From Botryllus schlosseri (Eukaryota): 64,000 bases of DNA. The translations under genes and the position numbers were made by a program. The stretch is taken from NCBI GenBank assembly GCA_051294905.1, contig CM119372.1, positions 2,048,001 to 2,112,000 of the forward strand, read 5' to 3'. Below the pieces are notes generated by a model that saw only the letters and a list, made by a program, of their open reading frames with translations, searched no databases and was not told where the DNA came from. The stretch's first letter is position 1. The number at the start of each line of letters is the position of its first letter. Of the stretch, positions 1 to 13,106 are shown one piece after another.

Positions 1-84
1 GCCAGCACTAAGCAGGAATTCTGGGGTCGAGCTCGTATCCCATTGCTGATGCAGGTGTGGATCGTACCACTACGCTATCTCGCC
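1..84 (-). mobile_element. Degenerate tRNA-derived SINE head
   Basis: Minus strand GGCGAGATAGCGTAGTGG (box A-like) and degenerate box B; resembles heads at 42845-42920 and 52798. Confidence 0.45.
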
Positions 85-322
85 ACGTCCTGCTTCGTGA
101 TCGAAAGCAATCACGCTACACCCATCATCACCGATTGCACGGTCAAGCATAGTTGCGCATGATAATTAGAGGCATTTAAAAATGTCATGTTTTCTGTTTC
201 AATTTCAATTCAAATTATCGGATACACGCTACGCTATATTATATAATTAACTTCTCGCTATATATATATATATATGAACCATTGCTATCTCCGTTAGCAT
301 GCAGAGATTCGCCTGTACTTAG

Positions 323-3300
323 AGTTATAACAGGACGGTGCGAGTTCTCTTGATCTGCGGCGCGATCCTTGCCTTCTCAAGTTCGGGTGAGTTTTACCAG
401 ACAGAAGTTATTCAGAAGTAAAAAAGGTTAAATGATGCTTGTTTCCTATTAGTGTAACATTTAACCAAGTGATCAGTCAACGATTTTTATTTTGTTTTAA
501 AGGATCTAGCCTACAGGGGATGTTTCGGGGTGATAACTGAATAGAGAGATTCCAATACGTCACGAGTCACGACTGCTTGTTCACTGACGCTGTCCACCAA
601 TTATTTCATTTGTTTGAATTTCAGTTCACTCAGTACCGAAGTGTGATGGCATATGGACCAGATTTTACGACCGCGACGACCCATCTGGTCATGGAGATTA
701 CGAGTTACTAAGTAATCTGAGGGAAAAGTATCCAGAAATCTGTTCCAGACCGTCCGGAATTGATGTTCGTCTGGTTCACCCATTAGCTGACGGAGTTGAC
801 TATTGGTAAGATGCATCGTAGGACGTCTGCGCGAATAAGATTGTGAATAACTAAGCTACGGATTGATGCGAACTGGGCAACCAGAAAACAGCTAACAATT
901 TCTCGTAGCTTCGTTAACAATTATAGTAATATTTTACCTTGCGACCCGAACGCAAAATTCACTCTTGAACGGAAGCTACTGTTGCAGTGATTCTGAAAAT
1001 ATATTATAAAGTCTTGGCAACGCACTGCAACTACCCCTAAATTTCCCTTAAAAGTTGAAAATCGGCATTTTAAGAAAATTCAGAGCGCCGCATAAAATGA
1101 CCATAACCGTCATGTGCGGTGCTGGAGCGGTAATGCTTTGATTTGGGCTGGGAAAAATCGAATACCTATGTGTCGACTTTCAATCGAGTATATACTCGAA
1201 TTATTTTGCCAGGTCTTGTAGTTCAGGTGTGGGATTCATCAAATCTTACGAGAATGCCTTTTCATCTATGGCGTTTTCGTCAGGAAATAACGGTTGAATT
1301 AATCGCATTTCAGGTACCTCGGTGGAAACATTATCGATGACAAAGATATGGGCCCGCACATCGGCTTCCAGTGCCGCAATAGCTTTCAGAAGGAGCGGAA
1401 GGCTCCACCGTGTGAGGACTACAAGATTAGGTTCTGCTGCAAATTTGTCGGTAAGAAATCATCCTCACTTTGACTTGAAGGTGTCGATTGCTAAAGATCA
1501 CCCTAGTAAACAGTAATGCCGAATAGATTTGCTTCTGCCTTTGATTAATATTATCAGTGTCTACGTGGAATAGTCCGATTATTTCAAGCCCCTGTTCTGA
1601 TGATAGGGGCGTGTATAATGTTATGGGTACTGCGATTTAACGCGCATTCTCATCATTTCAGAACCAACACTTCCGAAAGGATATCACTGGACTCAATGGT
1701 TCGATAGAGACGATCCTTCCGTTACTGGGGACTACGAAACCCTAAACGACTTAAGGTATGAACGGCTACATCCTAATAGAACAGATACATCGACGCATAT
1801 TTAAATAGATTGCTTACATGCGGACGTGAAGTTAATTTGAATTTGTGTGTTTTTCGTGGCATATACTCGGTACTGTAGACAATTGACGTTTTCCGAACGA
1901 ACCCTCGACTAAAAGAAGGAAAACGATTTCAGATTATTAATGAGCCATACACAGCGCCTTTCGAATTTGATCAATGGATACGATAAAGTCACGGATCTGT
2001 AACCCACGTTTTATATACCACAGAAAGGAATACCCCAACTACATTTGTGACCGGCCGAAGTTCGTTCAAGCTCGCGTGGTGGGTAGCAAGGCTCCGTGGC
2101 AAACCACCGGTGAAAAGATCACGATAAATACGCACGAAGGATTTTACTGCAAACGCAAGGATCAAGGAGACAATCAATGCCACGATTACGAAGTTAGATT
2201 CGCTTGTCCAGATGGTAAGACTGCATTCCTTCGGCTTGCGCGTGCTTGCCAGATGGCGTCCGTAATCACCACTGTATTGAATTATAGAGCCACCTTGCCC
2301 GAAAGGTTACGTTTGGACGGATTATTATGACAGAGACGATCCATCAGTTACGGGAGATTACGAAACAATCAACGATTTACGGTGAGTATTATTACTTTGC
2401 ATACATCCTTATGGCAAATAGGGATAGGGGCATACTTAAACATTGTGTTACATGCAACTTCATAATACATATGCATTATAGCCAGGGGCGGGCAACATAC
2501 GGCTCGCGGACAGTTTTCCGTCTTATATGATAATGCGGCCCGCGGCTACAGTCTGCCGAGATTCCCCGCTTCTTGCTGACTACGTCAAATTTTTGTGACT
2601 GTATGTTATTATCAGAAGAGGTCAGTAACGAAGTACTTCTACTTTTTCGAAGTACTCAAGTAGTTTTCCTCTACTTCTGGTACTTACTCAAGTAGATGTT
2701 TTTTTCGCTACTTCTACTTCTACTTCGTAATATTTTGTGAACTACTTACTTACTTTTTCGCTATTTTCAGTTTATCAAGTAGAAGTAGTTTAACCCCCAA
2801 TAAGAAAGATATCCTAAGGAATTTCGGGGCTGTTTTCACTTAGTACCAACATTTAATTTTCATAAAAGTCATGTAATAACAAGAGTTTTCGTTGCGTTTC
2901 GCGCACAGTAGATATGGTGTGGCGAATATGTTTTAACGGAAGTATCGCCGAATATAATTTAGATACCGGGTTGCGTGGTTCCGTTCACACCGCATTGTCG
3001 CCTATATCAAATATTTCATCACCGGGGGCCTTATAATATGAGGGAGGCCGCCATGCCGTGTTAGAGTAAACAAAGAATTAGTATCGCATTCCATAGCAAT
3101 ACTATCATTTACATCCCATGATATGGACGACTGCTATTCTGTCAAAAATTTACACCTCCTGGGATGCATCAATATGAATCAAGATCTCTACACCTTCTGC
3201 ATACCTCAATTTGCAGCTTTTGACAGTTCATGCGAACGAATTACGACCGTTTTCAAAACTACTACTTACTTGAGTAGATTTAAAGTCAGCAAATTCTACT

Positions 3301-5413
3301 TCTACTTCAAGTAATTTTAGGTTGCTTGTGAAAGAAGTCCTCCTACTCGTACTTGAGTAGATTTTTTCTTCGCTACTTCTACTTCTACTTGAGTAGCTTT
3401 CGTGACTACTTGGACCACCTCTGGTTATTATATACAATACATGTATGCCCATTGCCCATGCGCACTGCGCAGCTTGCGAGAGTGGAGCTTACGCGTAAGT
3501 TCGTCGAAACGGCAAGAGTTGCATTATCGGCATTTACGATGAACTCAACCATAATATCGTTTGTGGTAATCATGGTGTTTGTCGACTACAATGGTCAGTT
3601 ACACCAGGCCGATATTCCTTATTTTTTATTCCGTCGCCGCCGACTTCTAGCACGGAACACTTCTGGGCTTTTGTAAGACACCGCTTATGCCAGGGGTCGC
3701 CAACTCAAAATGGGTCGCGGGCCACTTTTCAAATGTCGTAGAAGCCGCGGTCCACATGAATTCAATATCGAGATAAAATAGGCCACACAGTTGAACAACG
3801 ACGCTATCACGTCACCTATTCAGCCCTAAAGAATTGATATCTTGGTAAGTTTGGGGTACCGGGCTTATCGAACGCCTTGACATCTTAATTGGTGATGGCT
3901 GCGTGTGTTGATTGATCAGAAAGAAGCAGACATGGCGGCGCCATGACAATGCTGTTCTCAAATTCACATTGTTTTCGTCATTATCGGCGAGAAATGGCTT
4001 TGAAGTGACATTACTGTCATTAAATACATTCATTAAGTGCGATTTACACCTTGTATATGTGGATAAATGGGCGAATAATGTATCGATTCAGCAATCCGGC
4101 CCGTCAAGTACCTAATTTTCCTATATCCGGCCCGCCGACTGGAGAAGTTGCCCGCCCCTGATTATAGCCTATGTTCATCGGTAATGATTACCAAACTATA
4201 TAATGGTGGGGGAAAGGACAGTGATGTATCAACGGCGATTTGAGATTGTCCTATGGTAGTAAAAGACTGGAAATATCCTATTTGCAGAAAGGAAAAGAAA
4301 AACGTTTGTGAACGCCCGAAGTACGTCCAAGCCCGACTTGTGCGTAGTAAAGCGGCTTGGCAGACAGCTGGTGAAAGTGTCACAATAAATGCACATGTGG
4401 GATTTGTATGCAAGAAGAAGGATCAGAAAGATAAGGCTTGTCACGACTACGAAGCGCGATTCTGTTGCCCACCAGCACCGCAAGGTAAATATTTCTATTT
4501 TATACATTGTGCAGCGTGCACTTCTACCTGACATGAAGTCGGGGGGTGAAGATAACGCCTTGAATCAATTTCTGCATCTTATTCGATTTGTAGTATTTTT
4601 CGTACAGCTTTTGTATGTCGTGGGAATGTAAATGACGAATATTGTCGTCATAAATAGATCCTCACAATTCAAGGATTTTGAATAAATTCAAAATTGCCGC
4701 GTACCAAATCACAGCTGAATCAATTCACCTTCCGTATTATTAAAAGAGGTTCTTACAGTTTTTATTAATATAAATATTAACTATAAATAGGTTGCTGATG
4801 CTGTTGAGTATTCGTGATTTGTCGACATATATGGTCATTTTGCACCATGACTATATTCCGTGTTCTTATAGTTCCTAAGCTGAAGACTTATAGAACTGAT
4901 GGAACACTTTCGTTCTAGGCTGTTTTCGTTCTAATTTCCATCATTTCAAAACATCACAAAATTGCGATACAATGAAAAGATAGGGAGGTGTCAAAACTAC
5001 TTGGAGTATTGATACTGCGGTATAGGCAACATGCTAATCCAAATTTAGAACTGGCGTCCATACGGAAAAGATACCGAGTATCTTCTGATAAAGTAATCGT
5101 TTTGATTTATATAGACATCGTGTCCGGCTGGACCGGGTGGTTCAATGTCGACAAACCATCCACTGGTGGAGGAGACTTTGAAACCATCTCAAACATAAAA
5201 GCAAGGAAAAGGAGCGACCAAAAATTTTGTCGCTCCACCCCGAAAAAGATCCAAGTTGTCCGCGCAAAGGATCATAAAGATCCACGCAAGCTTGGACAGG
5301 TGTTTTACGCCCACCCGAGATATGGCTTCAAATGCTACAACAACAAACAAAGACGGGGCTATTCGTATGCGCCAGCTGTATGCTTCGACTATAAAGTCAG
5401 ATTCTTCTGTTAA
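323..5413 (+). CDS. Secreted protein with four tandem CysD (Mucin2_WxxW / CILP-like) domains; exons 323-386, 625-805, 1314-1450, 1662-1755, 2024-2214, 2288-2381, 4288-4484, 5115-5413; start codon not located
   Basis: GT-AG exons join in frame (1257 nt, 418 aa + stop). Hydrophobic N-terminus [16 protein letters not shown], then four repeats of W-T-x-[WFY]-x-[DN]-x-D-x-P-S...GD[YF]E...C..P...GF.C...C.DY..RF.C. Confidence 0.85.
2483..4160. mobile_element. hAT-type non-autonomous element (intron of CysD gene) carrying a nested MITE
   Basis: TIR CAGGGGCGGGCAAC...GTTGCCCGCCCCTG; perfect 8-bp TSD ATTATAGC at 2475-2482 and 4161-4168. Confidence 0.9.
2613..3423 (+). mobile_element. hAT-type MITE family A (CTACTT-rich ends), nested
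   Basis: Ends CAGAAGAGGTC...GACCACCTCTG; 8-bp TSD GTTATTAT (2605-2612, 3424-3431); homologous to 8277-9534 and 52101-54581. Confidence 0.9.
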
Positions 5414-6544
5414 CGGGTGAGTTCACATATACATTACATATACATAATAGTTCACATATTTTGTTGGATATTTACAGCGGATCTTAAACGCTTGGAGATT
5501 AGAATATACGATGGAATTATTGTTGTTATCAGTTTCGAATTGGTGGTGTTTTACATATGGTCACTTGGTCAGTCTCACAAGTGCTTCTTGCTGGGTTCAT
5601 TACAACCAACTTTTAGCAGCAAACCAAATTGCATGTTAAAACTAGTATAAGTGGATGTAGAAAATGGAAGGTTCGAATGCACTCAAGTAAGTAGTTTCAA
5701 AAGTAGATTTGGCCGAGAGAGAGAGAGAGAGAGAGGGAGGGTACTTCGTTACTGACCAGGACAACTTCTGAATAGGAGTTTAGTTGATTTTTTAAAACCA
5801 TCAACAACTGTCAAGAATAAGTTAACTTCTCGCAGGCATACAGTTTAAAGAACTTTCGTTTTCAGTATGGTTTGAGGTTTAATCATGGAAATTCTACCAC
5901 GTAATGAAAACGGCCCACGACCTAAATAATTTGCAACACGTTCCTTTCAGAAAACATACGACATGGGCTCGGACGACCATACACCATCAAATCTCGGTAC
6001 ATAATACTCAAAGACATCAAAAACGATGAAAAGTAGCCGATATGATTTATATGTGTGTATTGAAATCGTCACAAAAAATTTCGAATATATGAAGTTGCTT
6101 CATTGCACGAGTTATTATTCGATGTCGAATTGATGTCACCGCGAGTTGGTCTTGGATAGGCTATTTCTCACAACGATACCTGAATAGGATTCAAAAATTG
6201 TCGCCTTGTTTTGAAAATATTACGTCAAAAGCGTTCTGATATGATGTGAACGAAGAATTTGTGCACGCAAAAGGATAGTCGCACTCTCCCTCTCACGCCA
6301 TTTCTGCGAAGCCTTTGAGCGAATTACAGGCAGATTTATTTTATAGATTTGTGCAAGATAGGCAGCAATATCAACTAATTGCAAAATTTGTGATTTACGC
6401 TGTTTCAATTGCTTGCGTGATAAATCGTCCGAGAAAAAGTGTAATTTTTGTGACATCCACAGTTTGAATAGTTCTAAGTGACCCCAACCCACCCTAACCT
6501 ATAACCCGAATCTACTGACTCTGTCGCCGAGTTTATCAACTCAT

Positions 6545-6910
6545 GCCGGTGGACCGGGTTCGATTCCCATCGGAGGTTCATCTGGGCTCCTCTTCCCACG
6601 CTGTCGCCGTTCTTACGGCGACAAAAAAGCCCAGTAAAAAAAGACCCGAAGAAAGAAAGCAATCGCAAGGAATGGAAAGAACTAGTAGAAAGGACCGCGG
6701 CTTCAAAAAAGATCAACATCGAAAAGAACTGTGGCATCGGGCACTCTAGGCCGAGGGGGATGTTAGAGTAAAGGATTGCTACTGATGCGTGTCGTTCGAC
6801 ATCCTCCCATCTGTTCGTTACATCACATTGTGTCTTATCGCATTGTACATTGCGTGTAACTTGTTCAGATGAAAATGATAACGCAATGATTATTGTTGTT
6901 GTTGTTGTTG
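6545..6910 (+). mobile_element. tRNA-derived SINE family (GGCTCCTCTTCCC...CGTTCTTACGGCGACAAAAAAGCCCAG core)
   Basis: Box B GGTTCGATTCCC at ~6556; core recurs at 56655-56980 (+) and 42270-43030 (-); simple-repeat tail. Confidence 0.65.
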
Positions 6911-7165
6911 TAACAAGCGTAGGCTGTATAGGTTGAAAATTATTTTCAATCACTGCCGAGCATAAAAAGCGCATCCCAGAGACACATAATCCAAACAATT
7001 ATTGTCCGTGGCGCACAAGAATGGAAACGGCGACAGGTGCCAATTAAAACTCACGATTAATAATAATAATAACCTATATAGCCCTATCCCATAATTAAAC
7101 TGCAACCCTGAACGCCCAGTTCTAACCTACGGTCACTGCCCAGAAGATTTAAATGACTTCTTTAC

Positions 7166-7886
7166 TAGGGATGGTGTGAACGGGAGGTTCACGTTCGCGT
7201 TCTGTGTGTGAACCTCGGAAATTTAGAGGTTCACGTTCACAAACGAACCTTGGTAGGTTCTGCACTGTGAACCTTTTTCATATATTTCAATTTTCATTAT
7301 AACATCTTTGGTTGAAATTTATTGCATTTTAAATGCGGGCCACTCTATGCATGGCGCTGGCAGCATAAAAAATCAACACTAAACGAGCATGCGCCTTGAC
7401 AATCTCAAAACTTTTACCTGATTTGTTGCAAAGGTTTGCTCGAAATATCCCGCTTTCTGTATGTGAATATTTAGTGACTCTCTGCTGTGAGCTTGACCCG
7501 CAATCACACAACATCAAGAGCGAAATACGCTATATGTAGGTATACTCAGCGAATGATGCTTATTCGACCAATCAATGAAATTGATATCGTTGTCCGATGT
7601 AAAAAATGATTTTATGGGATTATAATAGCATTTGATTGTTCCAGTTGATACATTTGGCGACATTTAAAAAGTCAGTATGTACTTCAACATTGTGGCATTA
7701 TGTGGCCCGAGTCGTCGCAAGGTATTGTGTACATTAATATATATCACTTCACTGAAATGTAGGGTGGAAATTAGCAATATTTCGTCACGTGACGTCATGA
7801 GGTTCACGTTCGCGTTCACACAGAACCTTTACAAAAGGTGCGCGTTCACACGAACCTGAACCTTTCAGAGGTTCACACCATCCCTA
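7166..7886. mobile_element. hAT-type MITE
   Basis: TIR TAGGGATGGTGTGAAC...GTTCACACCATCCCTA, subterminal GGTTCACG repeats, imperfect TSD (TCTTTAC on both sides). Confidence 0.8.
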
Positions 7887-7959
7887 AATCTTTACCTCGG
7901 TGTCAAAAGTGCGTATAGCCTATAAGTAGGCCTACAACATACTCGCTTCCACGTCATCC

Positions 7960-9610
7960 AACTATCATATGGTCAGAAAAAAGATCACCGCTCTATCAAA
8001 TATGCCAGACCTGCAGTGTTGAACAGGATATCGCCGGCTATCCGGCAGTCATCGAGCATGTCCACATTAAAGTCAAAATACAAACAATTTCTACTTAATC
8101 AAGATTAGTCAGCCCGCTAGTTAACCGTACCACGACCTGACACATCGATCTCGCCTTCCGACACATGCCGCCTCTTTTTGTCGCATTTCTTTTCATGTTA
8201 TGTTCTTTTACTTTTCATTCAGTATGCATGCTGCCTCCTTTTTTACACCGGCTAGGCGAGGAGGGTGTCTGATTTCCAGAGGTGGTCAGTAACGAAGTAC
8301 TTCTACTTTTTCGAAGTACTAAAGTAGTTTTCCTCTACTTCTGGTACATACTCAAGTAGATAGAATATTCGCTACTTCTACTTCTACTTTGTAATATTTT
8401 GTGATCTACCTACTTACTTTTCGCTAGTTTCAGTTTGTCAAGTAGGAGTAGTGTAATCTTCCAATTAGAAAGAGAAACTGGGTGAATTCTCGGGCTTTTT
8501 TCACGGAGTTCTAACTTTCAATTTTAAGAAAATTCAAGTCAAACCCAGAATTTCCATCGCGCTTCACATCAATTAGATATAGAGTTGCAAATATGTTTTC
8601 ACGAAAGTGAATATTATTTAGGTTGCAGGTCGCATTACACTACATTGTTGCCCATATGACATATTTCATCACAGTAAATATGGCCCATCATAATGTTTGA
8701 AAATACCGTTTCGCAATCTAGCATTTACCCATTCTTTCGTAATCTAGCAGCCCATGACGTTTCCTAATCTGGAATCTGGAAAAGTGGGCTCTGACTTTTT
8801 GAGCGATCTATTTTAGCAGACCACCGTTAAAACTGATTCGACAAAAGACATAAAATACATTTTCCGCTTTTCTAATGTAGTATTGGTAGTTCTCGGTCAA
8901 TTCGAAGTATTATTACTTAGAGTTCTAATTACTTTCACTTCTGTTGTCTGGAAAACATACATCTTTATGTTTAAAAGCAACGCAATTACACTATATGGCA
9001 TTTTTTACGTTACGCCATATTTTTATCATCGTATACGAATCGCGCAATGTGTTAACATCGTGTCCATACAACTTCCCCGTATTGCTCTTCGACTAAACTA
9101 AAGGCCGTAAAATGCGTGAGGGAACATGCCATGACATTTTCTAAAACGGGATGTTCGAGTAAACAAAAGATTTGTAACTCATTTCCATAGCAAAACTATC
9201 ATTTGCGTCTCATGATGCGGTCGAATGCTCAATTGCTTATTCTGTCGGAAATTTATACATTCCGAGATGCATCAATATACATTGTATATGAAGCTCTCTG
9301 CACCCGCCTCATAGCTCAATTTGCAGCTTTTGAAAGTCCATGCGAACGTATTATGACCTTTTTCAAAACTACTTACTTACTTGAGTAGATTTAAAGCCAG
9401 CAAATTCTACTTCTACTTCAAGTAGTTTTAGGTTGCTTACGGAAGAAGTACTTCTATTCGCACTTGAGTAGATTTTTGCGTCGCTACTTCTACTTCTACT
9501 TGAGTAGCTTTCTTGACTACTTTGGCCACCTCTGCTTATTTCGAAGACTACAAAAAGTCGTTTCGACACATTTCCTATCTTTCATTGTAGCGATGAAATT
9601 GTTAGCACTA
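7960..9610 (+). mobile_element. LINE (CR1/L2-like) 3' end fragment split by a family A MITE
   Basis: 8040-8270 and 9543-9600 align with the contiguous copy at 57640-57940 (-), whose frame reads STFKSKYKQFLLNKY, a typical LINE ORF2 C-terminus. Shorter copies at ~4950, 16255, 21440, 49960, 63460. Confidence 0.6.
8277..9534 (+). mobile_element. hAT-type MITE family A (long form)
   Basis: CAGAGGTGGTC...GGCCACCTCTG; TSD CTGATTTC/CTTATTTC (7 of 8). Confidence 0.88.
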
Positions 9611-9674
9611 AATAGAATTGAATTGAACCTAATTTACACCTAATCTGACCGCCAACCATAACCTAATTTAAACA

Positions 9675-9910
9675 GGATTATCCAACAAATGTTTTCCAAT
9701 GGCAGAATTTATGGCCTTTGTCTGTTCTGCTGAATCAAGCTTCAGGGGATAAATCAAGAAGGGTGAGCCCATAAAGGCTATGACCAAGCGTGATACGCGT
9801 GTTCTGATAAATCTAGGGACATGCTGTTTTGTGCGGTCCTACAAACTTTGGTTCGTTTTTCCCCACGTATCCACAATCACAGGGGCACTTATATTCATAA
9901 ATACATTATT
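9675..9910 (-). pseudogene. Diverged Penelope-like GIY-YIG endonuclease fragment
   Basis: Aligns by eye to 17148-17367; minus strand encodes YEYKCPCDCGYVG and ...AINSAIGKHLLDNP with an intervening frameshift. Confidence 0.8.
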
Positions 9911-10345
9911 TTCTGACCCGATGCATTTACATGTACAGTTTGTACACTGGATAAAAGAACTAGGATAACATAAAAGTAAGGGACAAAATGAATCATGAAT
10001 GCTTCGGTAGGCGCGGTTGATACGTCAGGTCGACGGACTATCGATACCTGTTGATTATTTGTCATGTGATGTCGACGAATTTATAAAAGGAAACTTCTGC
10101 AAGTCGACAACCTATGATGAGTAGTAACAAATAGCCTAACCGACAGCCGGTAGTTCAACCCCGTTGCAATCTGAATTCCATAAATTAATTTGCACCGTAT
10201 ATTCCGTGCTTTCAATGCAGATAGACGATGATTCACGTGATCATCGTTTTACTGCCGATTGCCAAACCGAAGTAATAATAATAACATCACAGTGGCATAG
10301 TAGCAAGTCTCTGATCAATCTGCTTTTGTGTATAGTATCGTTATT

Positions 10346-11982
10346 ATGAGAGATATCGTTTCCACGGAATATGCAACATACTGCGTTTTATATTCGTCGA
10401 CTATCATATGCAATAAATATGTACTAACGTCTTTGGGTTTTCAGTACCCAACAATATTCCAGGTAAATGTTTGTCGTACTCGAGGCCTATCCCCAATATA
10501 AGACAGCGCCGATACGTCTGTATCCTACATTGTAGTACGATCTGTTAGAAGTTTTTATGTCTAGGGTGTATCAAAATATATATTTTCTGTGGCCTACGTT
10601 ACAAAATGACTGCAGTCAGGCTACTAGCATATATACGGTGTGCACCACCGTTTTTGACAAGTTCTGAAGTAATTCGGTATGGCAAAGTAGTCAGAGCGTT
10701 GCTACTCGTAGAACGAGAAATAACGTCATACATTTTTAATCATAGAAGTAGGGATTTCCAAGTACCGTAGGTAAAAAAAGTATCCGTTCTCAGTATTATG
10801 GGCCTAGTTTTGTACGGTATAGAAAAGATAAGAAAAAGAAGTTATCTAAAAACAACCACTTGAGAAAGTAGGCGAAATCTCCTTCAAGTAGAGCTTTGTC
10901 TGAAATGCATGATGCAGTTGTAAAACACTAATAAATATGCAGGTATAGTCCCAGTCAATGGGCAGGCTCAACCAATGTATAAATTAAGACCTCACCTGTT
11001 GTATAAAATTAAGATGTTTTCATGCAACCTCGACTATTCCATACACACTTGCAATTAAGTCAGCTGTAATTCGTGTGATCTCCACTTGAAACCAAATTCA
11101 AAAGAACATATGTTTTAGGGTAGCGTGTTCTTGTCATGACCTCTGTTCTTGTTTTAGGCATGGCAGATGTTGGTCGGAGTTTTCATGATGCACACGGTGT
11201 CGGGATTCCAGATCAGGAAGATCGTCTTGAGGGATATCTTACCGTGGCTGCCAGCGATGATGCTTTACGTGGGCGCAATCTTGTCCGGGTCTATCGCACT
11301 GAGTCAGCTACCCATCTCCACGTTCATAATAATCCAAGGATGCGGCGATGTGATTTTGATATTACTCAACGATAAGTTGCCGAGCACAATCATAAACTTT
11401 TCCTACCCTATTCGGCTTTGCGCTGGATTGATCGCAGCATGGTCAGCTGCAGAAGACTCAAAAATAGCGGCCCTAATTTGGCTTGTAGCGCATACTGTGT
11501 TTTCCGGTATTTATCGTTCTATATCATTTTGGTACTCGACCCCTCACTGGCCTTATTCCAACTTGTCGATTCAACAGAGGCAGTATTTAAATTATTTATT
11601 CAGTTTCACGGTATTGCTGCCGTCCATCTTCATTTTCGGCCATCACGAGAAGGCCAAATATTTCCCACATCTCAGCACTAGCAAATTTTACGTGGGTAGC
11701 GTGTGCAGTGGGGTATTCGGTTGGGCAGTGAATAAACTATGGATGAGGGTGTTTTTCTCCAATTCAAACAACCCGAGCGCCTTGCTGACGCAGTTAGCCT
11801 CAAAAGTTCTAGTGCTACTGCTGTCTATGGGTTTGTTTCATTACGAGAACTCATTCATACAGGTCATTGCCGTATTAATGAGTCTTGTAGCAGACGCCCT
11901 TCAAGTTTTAGACTCAATGCAAACCAACCACGATGATCACATCGCTATGGAGGAAATGCACGATGTACTTGTCAGCTTCTAA
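10346..11982 (+). CDS. TMEM241: Transmembrane protein 241 (nucleotide-sugar transporter-like, SLC35D4); exons 10346-10462, 11158-11982; 313 aa
   Basis: Motifs NKYVLTSLGFQYPTIFQ|AWQ, WLPAMMLYVGAILSGSIALSQL, QYLNYLFS, FPHL...GSVCSG match TMEM241; phase-0 GT-AG intron. Confidence 0.88.
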
Positions 11983-12038
11983 TGGCTCTACTTGCGTTTA
12001 TTTTTTCATTTTATGGCAGTATTTCCTGATGTCATACT

Positions 12039-12668
12039 TAGGGCTGGGCACATAGATTCTAGTAGTCGAATCTGGATAGAGTAATAATTCCAATGATTCT
12101 AGTAATGAGAGATGTTTTCACAGAGGTGGTCGAAGTAGTCACCGTCGCTACTCAATTAGAAGTAGGAGTGGCGGTTCACAAGTAAGTAGGTATCTTATGC
12201 CTATGTTTGACTGTAAAACTGTCAAGTAGAAGTTGTCTAAAATCATAACTACTTGATAAGTAGTGCGAGTAGGCAAAATCTACTTCAAAAAGTAGAAGTA
12301 CTTCGTTACTGACCACATCTGTATTTTCAAGTACTTAAATTATAAACTCCCTCCCATTAAGAGTTGATCTATTATAGCTCCGATACAATTTTTCACTGTA
12401 GAAGCCATGAAACCTCAATCGGCCGTATTGCAGCATATGAAACATGCAATACAAAGCTGTTGTGGTCAGCCCACAGAATTCCCGCAAAGTGCAATATAAT
12501 GGATTTGATCAAAAATAATATCACCTTTAATTTGGTGTGCTCTTGAACTTTTCTTTGTGGTAGCTGTAGAGTACTTGAACTTTACAAATCATCCATACTC
12601 TTACAACGTAATAATGAGGGACTCTTTACTGGAAGCCAAATACTTGAATCTGATGTTGCCCAGCCCTG
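12039..12668. mobile_element. hAT-type MITE downstream of TMEM241 stop, containing a 201-bp family A derivative (12121-12321)
   Basis: TIR TAGGGCTGGGCA...TGCCCAGCCCTG, TSD GTCATACT; inner element TSD TGTTTTCA/TATTTTCA. Confidence 0.88.
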
Positions 12669-13106
12669 GTCATACTGCTTTTGAGATTATAGAGATACGT
12701 TAGACAAGACATGCATCTATTCCGTCCTTGTGCTTACGTATTTGTGCCCTGGGGACTGAAATAAATTATTTGTTTTCTATATGCATCGCTCATTCTCTTT
12801 CAGTACTTCCCTGTTCCTAGCTAACCTTGCATAAATCAAGCGGTCGGGTGCAGCGTGGCACAGATGATTCGATTTATTCATGCTAGGCCTACGTACTGCG
12901 ACCAGCAAGGCCCGTTTTGGTAATACAATTACACGTGATCAGCGTTTGTTAAGGGTGACAGCCTGCGTCAATAATCGCGAGGCACCCTCCAGACAACTGA
13001 GCATAAAAAGAAGTGTAGTCAATTTGAAAATAAATCTCTGAATTGGTGAGGTTAACAAAATGCACGGTATTGAGCTATTGTGTAGTTTTGCATAGGGGCA
13101 CTGCGA

